Position numbers and translations under genes: made by a program
In this document: piece by piece, positions 27,294-32,583 of the stretch
Position numbering within the stretch: position 1 is the stretch's first letter
Layout: the number at the start of each line of letters is the position of its first letter
Assembly: GCA_040880385.1 (NCBI GenBank)
Contig: JBBDIN010000079.1
Location: forward strand, 1 to 32,583
Direction: 5' to 3'
DNA length: 32,583 nucleotides
From: Thermodesulfobacteriota bacterium
Lineage (GTDB): Bacteria; Desulfobacterota_D; UBA1144; Nemesobacterales; UBA2774
The notes under the pieces: model-generated
Seen by the model: only the letters and a program-made list of their open reading frames with translations
Databases searched by the model: none
What the model was told of the DNA's origin: nothing

Positions 27294-29228
27294 ATGGAAA
27301 TTCCCAAACCTAAAGAAATTATTAAGTTGTTAAAGAGCTCTAATGGACGTCCTATGAGGTCTAAGGAGATTTCTCGACGCCTTGGTATGCCTAAGGAAGA
27401 CCGAACCATATTAAAGAAAGTACTTAGAAAAATGATATCGCAAGATAAAATATGTAGAGTTGAAGGTGGTAAATATGCAATTACAGAATATAAAAATGCT
27501 AAACCAAAGACCACTGAAAATACAAATAAAACGCAAAGAGTTGCTACAAGTACCAGACTTAAGGGTGTTGCAAAAGACGGCAGGTTAATTGGTAAATTTG
27601 TCAGAACCGGGAAGACCGGGAAAATTATTCCACGAGACGGATTAATTCCTCACATACTGCTAGAACCAGCAGATATTAAAGAACTTAGAAATAACAGTCT
27701 TGTGGTTGCAGAGCTACAAAATAAGATCTCTAGCAGCGGCCGTTTAAGAGGGAGAGTTCTTGATGTTCTAGGCAAAGCCGGTGATATAAATGCTGAGAAA
27801 AAAGGCCTCTTGATTGAGTATGACCTAACTGAAGTGTTCCCAAATAACATAAACATAGAATTAGATAATATTGCCGAGCAAATTTCTCCCGCAGAAATCA
27901 AAAGAAGGGTAGATTTACGAAGTAGAACAATTTTCACTATTGACGGCGAGGATGCAAAAGACTTTGACGATGCTGTTGGTATAGAAAAAACCAAAAGCGG
28001 TTATAAACTCTGGGTTTGTATAGCTGATGTGTCTTATTATGTGAAAATGGGGAGTGCTATCGATAATGAGGCTTTGAGTAGAGCAACAAGTGTTTATTTG
28101 CCCGACAGAGTCATTCCGATGCTGCCTGAGAAGCTATCTAACAATTTATGCAGTCTTGTTCCAAGTGAAGACCGTCTTACTAAAACCGCTGAGATGGATT
28201 TTAATCCTAAGGGAGAGATGGTGGGTTTTAAGATGTACAACAGTGTGATTAACAGCTCTGCACGTCTCACTTATACTCAAGTAGTGGAAGATCTTTCTCA
28301 GAAGCCCCCCATTTCTAAAGAACTTAAGGATGTTTTTCCAGTACTAAAAGAGATGAAAGAGCTCTATGAAAAAATTAGAAAACACAGAATAGAAAGCGGA
28401 AAACTCGATTTCGATATTCCAGAACCCAATCTTATCAGAGATGAGCTCGGAAGGGTCGTGGATGTTATTAAGTCAAAACGAAATTTTGCTCATGAAATGA
28501 TCGAGGAATTTATGATTGCAGCCAATGTTGCAGTTGCAAGCCACTTATGTGACTCCGGTGGGCCTTCAATTTATCGAATTCATGAAACCCCCGATGCTGA
28601 CTCACTTATAAAGCTTAAAGAAGGGCTTAAAAAATTGGGCTATATGCTTTCAGCGAGTGATGATATAAATACACATGATCTTCAGAATATAATCAATCAG
28701 TCAAAAGGTAAGAGCGAAGAAGTGCCGGTTAACATGTTAATCCTTCGTTCTTTAAAGAGGGCATTCTATTCCGTCTTAGACGAGGAGCATTTCGGACTTG
28801 CTCTTATTCATTATACTCATTTCACCTCTCCAATAAGACGTTATCCTGATTTGATAGTTCATCGAATTTTAGACTCTTTGTTCTTGAAAAAATCTCCTCC
28901 ATATGATGAAAAAACTGTAGAGTGGATTGCTGAGCATTCTTCTAAAAGAGAAAGACTGGCTAATGAAGTAGAAAGAGAGGGTATGAGTATTGAGAGAACT
29001 GAGTTGATGAAGCCTTACATCGGAGAAGAGTTTGATGGAATAGTGATCAGCGTAATGCCTTTTGGTATGTTTGTTGAAATTAAAGAGATGTTTGTTGAAG
29101 GGCTCATTCCTAAAGATAGTATTCCAAACTGGAGAAACAGATGGTTCGATATAGGACAGAAGCTTAAGATTAAAGTAGTTGCTGCAAATCTAGAAAAGAG
29201 GGGGATAACACTTAACTTAGTTTCATAA
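27294..29228 (+). CDS. rnr: Ribonuclease R (RNB + S1)
   Basis: TIDGEDAKDFDDA, MIEEFMIAAN, HFGLA..YTHFTSPIRRYPDL, N-terminal HTH, C-terminal S1. Confidence 0.93.
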   Translation: MEIPKPKEIIKLLKSSNGRPMRSKEISRRLGMPKEDRTILKKVLRKMISQDKICRVEGGKYAITEYKNAKPKTTENTNKTQRVATSTRLKGVAKDGRLIGKFVRTGKTGKIIPRDGLIPHILLEPADIKELRNNSLVVAELQNKISSSGRLRGRVLDVLGKAGDINAEKKGLLIEYDLTEVFPNNINIELDNIAEQISPAEIKRRVDLRSRTIFTIDGEDAKDFDDAVGIEKTKSGYKLWVCIADVSYYVKMGSAIDNEALSRATSVYLPDRVIPMLPEKLSNNLCSLVPSEDRLTKTAEMDFNPKGEMVGFKMYNSVINSSARLTYTQVVEDLSQKPPISKELKDVFPVLKEMKELYEKIRKHRIESGKLDFDIPEPNLIRDELGRVVDVIKSKRNFAHEMIEEFMIAANVAVASHLCDSGGPSIYRIHETPDADSLIKLKEGLKKLGYMLSASDDINTHDLQNIINQSKGKSEEVPVNMLILRSLKRAFYSVLDEEHFGLALIHYTHFTSPIRRYPDLIVHRILDSLFLKKSPPYDEKTVEWIAEHSSKRERLANEVEREGMSIERTELMKPYIGEEFDGIVISVMPFGMFVEIKEMFVEGLIPKDSIPNWRNRWFDIGQKLKIKVVAANLEKRGITLNLVS

Positions 29229-29261
29229 TTATTAGTTTTTTGTGCACTAGCTTATACTAAA

Positions 29262-29660
29262 TTATATCTCGACCTTAAATAGTCCTTCATACCGAATGCA
29301 AATACTATAAGATAACACAAATAGAATAACCAGCCAATCTAATCTCCATTTAAATACATCAATAGAATTTCTCTTATAGTCGACATGTATCTCTTCAACC
29401 GCCCCTCCTTTAACTAGAGGATATCCTCCCGGATAGAACAAATTGGTCCAAAAATTCGGAGTTGACACAGTTGGCGTTATTCTCATTATTCCTTGGTCTC
29501 CAACAATAACCTTCTTTTGATATTCCTGGTCTTCAACTTTAAAGATTAAATTATGCTCCCCAAGCTCATCAGCTCTAATTCTCCAATCTATTTGCTTATC
29601 TTGAGCAATTCTAAGTGCAGGGGAAAGGGCTTCTTTATCATTAGTCCGGAAGTTCTCTAC
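29262..29660 (-). pseudogene. 3' remnant of a membrane-protein gene
   Basis: The frame is open upstream of the track ATG (SPALRIAQDKQIDWRIRADELGEH...WLVILFVLS..GLFKVEI) with no start or SD. Apparent paired frameshifts at 29281-29315. Confidence 0.55.
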
Positions 29661-29661
29661 A

Positions 29662-31716
29662 TCAATGACATATCCGTTTGATACTTCTTCTTTTTATCAT
29701 GATACTTGCTCCAAAAACAAGAGCTGGAATAAATAATACAAATATATTTAATATAGCAGCATTGATCATATTACCTGCCATTGGGCCTTGCAATGAACAT
29801 CCGCCACCGCTTGAATCATCGCCACCTGGAGGTGTATCTGTCGGAACAGGTGTCGGAGTAGGGCTAGTTGGTGTAGGCGTCGGAGTTGCTGAAGGACCAG
29901 GGGTAGGCGTTGCTGTTGGAGTTGGTGTAGGAGTCGGGCCTGCGGCAAGTACTGATTGAACCGCTGCAAAAGCATTTATTCTTCCAAAACCTGATATGTT
30001 ATCAAATCCGGGCTGACCAAGATCCACAGCTGTGCTTGTTAAGGCGTTTTTTACTTCTACAACTTGTCTTTTGGCAATTGTAGGATCTCCTAAAGTTGCA
30101 TTACTCTCTGTAAATTCAATAGCTTCAAGAACTAATGCTGCAACCGCTGCCGCATGTGGCGCCGCTGCAGAGGTGCCGAAAAATGTAGTAAACCCTAGCA
30201 CTGTCGTTGAAACACCGTCAGGGGCCGAGAATTCAGGTTTGTCTCTCTGCTCAGATATAGCCACGTTCGTTGTTGTGGTTGAGGACAGCACCGCATTAGA
30301 GGGTGAAATTATAGATACGGGACCTTGGGAGCTAAAAGATTCGATTGTGTTTGGAGTCATCCAGTCAAACGCAGCTGTGGCTAATACTCCAGGCGCTGCG
30401 GGATGTCCAAAAATTGCATCTCCAGGAACATTGAACTCGGTTAAATCTCCGTCCAGATTAAAATGAATTTCAAGCGTTTGCGGTGTACCTGAGAATTTGC
30501 GTATTATTATTTCTACAAGTAGCGAGCCGAAACCATCATTCTCCACAATTGCAAATTCAAAGGGATCATCGTTACCGTTTTGAGGGTTAGTTCCCGAATC
30601 CAAAATATCGCCACTAAAACTATCCACTATAAATAGGTCGTAATCATTAGAAGAGGAGCCGAACGGGTCGCTCCACTGTAAAAAGAAAGCGGCTAGTCCT
30701 CCCCCCGGAATTTCATAAGTCATACCTACATCGCTGCTCCCGCCCGCCGCCGCTCCGAAATTGTGCAGGTCATCATCAGGGTCGAGCCCGCCGTCATCTA
30801 TATAAAATGCTTGATAATGTCTCTGCGCGTCGTTTCCTGCAGCAGAAACAAAAATTATTCCGTTATCTACTGCGTTTTGAGCTGCTTGAGCCAATTCCCC
30901 ATCCTGAAAGTAAGGCTGTGTTAAAAATCCAACATCGTCCACTATTATGTCGACACCGTTATTCATAAAAAAGGTGATAGCATTTAGAAAATTCATGCTG
31001 GTAGGGAATGCCGTATAGAACGCCAGGTCCGCCCCCGGAGCAATGTCATGAATGATCTCCAACATCGCTGTCCCTTCATCACCACCATTGGCGTTGCTTC
31101 CTACATCAACAAAGCCAGGTAGGTCCCCGGTTGCCTGAGACATTGCAAGGCTATCCACACCATCTGAAATAACACCAATCTTAATTCCTGATCCGTCGAA
31201 TCCAAGGATATTTCTGACATCGTCTGATCCAAGCACTGCATCCCCTTGTGTTGTAAGGGATCCAGCTCGTGTGTGTGCGTAGCTTGGGGGGGCAACTTTT
31301 ACGACAAAACCTGCTTCAGCAGCCTCTTCTAAATTTTCATAAGGGAGCCAGCCCTGAATAAGTTTGAGATCTTCGTTTACCTCTTCCACAATTAAGCCTA
31401 TTGAGAGAAGTTCTTCAAGATTGCTATCACTTACTTCATTACAATAGAGATAAACTTGTACATTTCCATTGTCATCTATTTTTATTAGGGGGTTTGACAG
31501 ACTGCTAAGTTTTGTGCTTTCAGCGTCACCCCTGGTTACTATCATATTAGATATTTTGTTTGATATTCCTTTTAAGCTTGAATTTAATTTTGCGCTGCCG
31601 TCAGAACCTTTGGATGTAGCTAAATTAAGACTCTCTGCAGCCAAAGAATTATATAACGGGATAATACAGAAAATAGTAATAGTCATTAAAAAAAACTTTA
31701 TAGATAACTTGCTCAT
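29662..31716 (-). CDS. Secreted subtilase (S8/S53-like) with PT linker and C-terminal GGGC-TM-basic anchor
   Basis: ATG 31716 after GGAGGA. Signal peptide, IGVISDG, DEGTAM, IIVDDV, SAAGN, GTSAAAPH, (PT)n linker, SSGGGCSL-TM-KRR. Confidence 0.9.
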   Translation of the reverse strand: MSKLSIKFFLMTITIFCIIPLYNSLAAESLNLATSKGSDGSAKLNSSLKGISNKISNMIVTRGDAESTKLSSLSNPLIKIDDNGNVQVYLYCNEVSDSNLEELLSIGLIVEEVNEDLKLIQGWLPYENLEEAAEAGFVVKVAPPSYAHTRAGSLTTQGDAVLGSDDVRNILGFDGSGIKIGVISDGVDSLAMSQATGDLPGFVDVGSNANGGDEGTAMLEIIHDIAPGADLAFYTAFPTSMNFLNAITFFMNNGVDIIVDDVGFLTQPYFQDGELAQAAQNAVDNGIIFVSAAGNDAQRHYQAFYIDDGGLDPDDDLHNFGAAAGGSSDVGMTYEIPGGGLAAFFLQWSDPFGSSSNDYDLFIVDSFSGDILDSGTNPQNGNDDPFEFAIVENDGFGSLLVEIIIRKFSGTPQTLEIHFNLDGDLTEFNVPGDAIFGHPAAPGVLATAAFDWMTPNTIESFSSQGPVSIISPSNAVLSSTTTTNVAISEQRDKPEFSAPDGVSTTVLGFTTFFGTSAAAPHAAAVAALVLEAIEFTESNATLGDPTIAKRQVVEVKNALTSTAVDLGQPGFDNISGFGRINAFAAVQSVLAAGPTPTPTPTATPTPGPSATPTPTPTSPTPTPVPTDTPPGGDDSSGGGCSLQGPMAGNMINAAILNIFVLFIPALVFGASIMIKRRSIKRICH
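29830..29940 (-). repeat. Pro/Thr low-complexity linker within the subtilase
   Basis: PTPTPTATPTPGPSATPTPTPTSPTPTPVPT. Confidence 0.85.
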
Positions 31717-31904
31717 TTGATCCTCCTGATGTGGTTGCACCGCTATAATATTATAACTAATCTCTGTTCTATAAGCAGGAATTATTATAAATACTGGTTT
31801 CTAGCAAAATTACTTACTTTATTAATGTTCTACCATTATTTCTTTAGAAGCATTCACTTTAATATAATGTATACGTATTAGAATTGAATACAGGTTAACG
31901 GGAG

Positions 31905-32050
31905 TTGGCGGTACCTTTTGGTTGAAATTCTAACTTTTTTTGAACAAAATCCTGAATAATGAGGTGCTTTTCCGCTTGCCTCCGCTTCGCTTCGGCAAAC
32001 CAAAACAGAAATTTTTTCATTACATTTTTTATTTTTTTCTGCCCCCCTTT
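31905..32050 (-). mobile_element. Putative terminal sequence of an integrative element
   Basis: Minus strand reads AAAGGGGGGCAGAAAAAAATAAAAAATG...TTTGCCGAAGCGAAGCGGAGGCAAGCGG...GGATTTTGTTCAAAAAAAGTT..CAACCAAAAGGTACCGCCAA, with a hairpin at 31976-31998. Family resemblance is from memory only. Confidence 0.4.
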
Positions 32051-32216
32051 TTCTCGTAATTTATAGAATTATATGCAGGACATTTTATTCCATTTTGATT
32101 TGTTTGTATTTTCTGATAAATTTTTGACGTTTTCTCACAATTTCTACAAATTTTATTTCCATTTTTATCTATCACTAGAGACTCAGCCTGACAAGTTGAA
32201 CAAACTTGGCGATTTT

Positions 32217-32450
32217 CTACGAATCTTTAGTTGTTTTAGTGAAAGAACGCTTTCTGCTTATTTTTCTCCTATGTTTGTGCAAAACAACATCATGCTCAAT
32301 CTCATAACAATTTATACAATAATTTACAGATTTATAAGGAAAATATATCGCTTCAAATATTTTTCCGCAATTATCACAGGCTCTTTCATCTCCGCCTTTT
32401 AATCTATCAATCTGACCATGCAGATTTTCAAGTATTATTTTATTTTGAAG
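32217..32450 (-). CDS. -1 frame extension (77 aa) with zinc ribbon, reachable only through the A9 run
   Basis: LQNKIILENLHGQIDRLKGGDERACDNCGKIFEAIYFPYKSVNYCINCYEIEHDVVLHKHRRKISRKRSFTKTTKDS*. No ATG. Confidence 0.6.
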   Translation of the reverse strand, partial: LQNKIILENLHGQIDRLKGGDERACDNCGKIFEAIYFPYKSVNYCINCYEIEHDVVLHKHRRKISRKRSFTKTTKDS

Positions 32451-32581
32451 TTTTTTTTTACCAGATTTTGCAATCTGCTATCTAGTGTTTCTATTGGGTC
32501 ATCTCCTATATTAAAGCGGTTTATTCGCAAAAACTTATAACCATAACCTTCTAAAACTTTTTGCCTATAAATATCATCGTC
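32435..32581 (-). CDS. 3' end of a gene entering from outside the window; Vsr/DUF559-like nuclease tail (as on SF1 helicase-nuclease proteins)
   Basis: Hand translation: DDDIYRQKVLEGYGYKFLRINRFNIGDDPIETLDSRLQNLVKKNFKIK*. This fits the DxxRQxxLExxGxxFxR motif. Confidence 0.75.
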   Translation of the reverse strand, partial: DDDIYRQKVLEGYGYKFLRINRFNIGDDPIETLDSRLQNLVKKNFKIK

Positions 32582-32583
32582 TT

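Noticed and set aside
29678-30466. Plus-strand ORFs with GV repeats
   Set aside because: Antisense shadows of the subtilase and its PT linker.
110-31720. Many 60-190 aa ORFs overlapping larger genes (e.g. 10251-10664, 17167-17739, 27650-27994)
   Set aside because: They lie within well-supported genes on the opposite strand or frame, with no independent signals.
31895-31915. Integron attC site (GTTGGCG / CGCCAAC)
   Set aside because: No matching partner box or cassette structure found, and no integron integrase.
32073-32402. 109-aa plus-strand ORF
   Set aside because: Phe/Ile-rich shadow of the minus-strand zinc-ribbon frame and AT-rich DNA, with no SD or motif.
1-32583. CRISPR array, rRNA, riboswitch
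   Set aside because: No regularly spaced repeats or recognisable conserved RNA motifs seen by eye. An Rfam scan would be needed to exclude them fully.

Overview
Low-GC bacterial DNA from a diderm (TolC/RND, PilM, lipoprotein). Gene style suggests a Deltaproteobacteria-like lineage such as Ca. Dadabacteria, but that is an unverified guess. The window has three parts. (1) 1-21227 looks like the right-hand part of a genomic island integrated at tRNA-Phe. It ends in a duplicated tRNA-Phe 3' half with an IHF-consensus site beside it. Its cargo is a glycogen cluster (GH63-like glucosidase, debranching enzyme, GlgA), a hydrolase, a STAS + LicC-like pair, an RND-MFP-TolC-ECF sigma/zinc anti-sigma operon, a DUF302-membrane protein-NDH-2-like operon, a MerA-like oxidoreductase, a GT2 and several IS3 scars. 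A shared ECF-type promoter motif occurs three times, and one copy seems to drive a candidate ~60-nt sRNA. (2) 21313-31716 holds an orphan divergent UvrD-like helicase, an XRE-membrane protein-FxLYD lipoprotein operon, a lone pilM, a Cys-rich hypothetical, rnr, a pseudogene and a cell-anchored subtilase with Glu in place of the catalytic His. (3) 31905-32583 looks like the edge of another integrative element. It contains the 3' end of a minus-strand gene missed by the ORF track (Vsr/DUF559-like tail), whose A9 slippery run leads in the -1 frame into a CxxC..CxxC zinc-ribbon extension. All calls come from reading motifs by eye; no searches were run.
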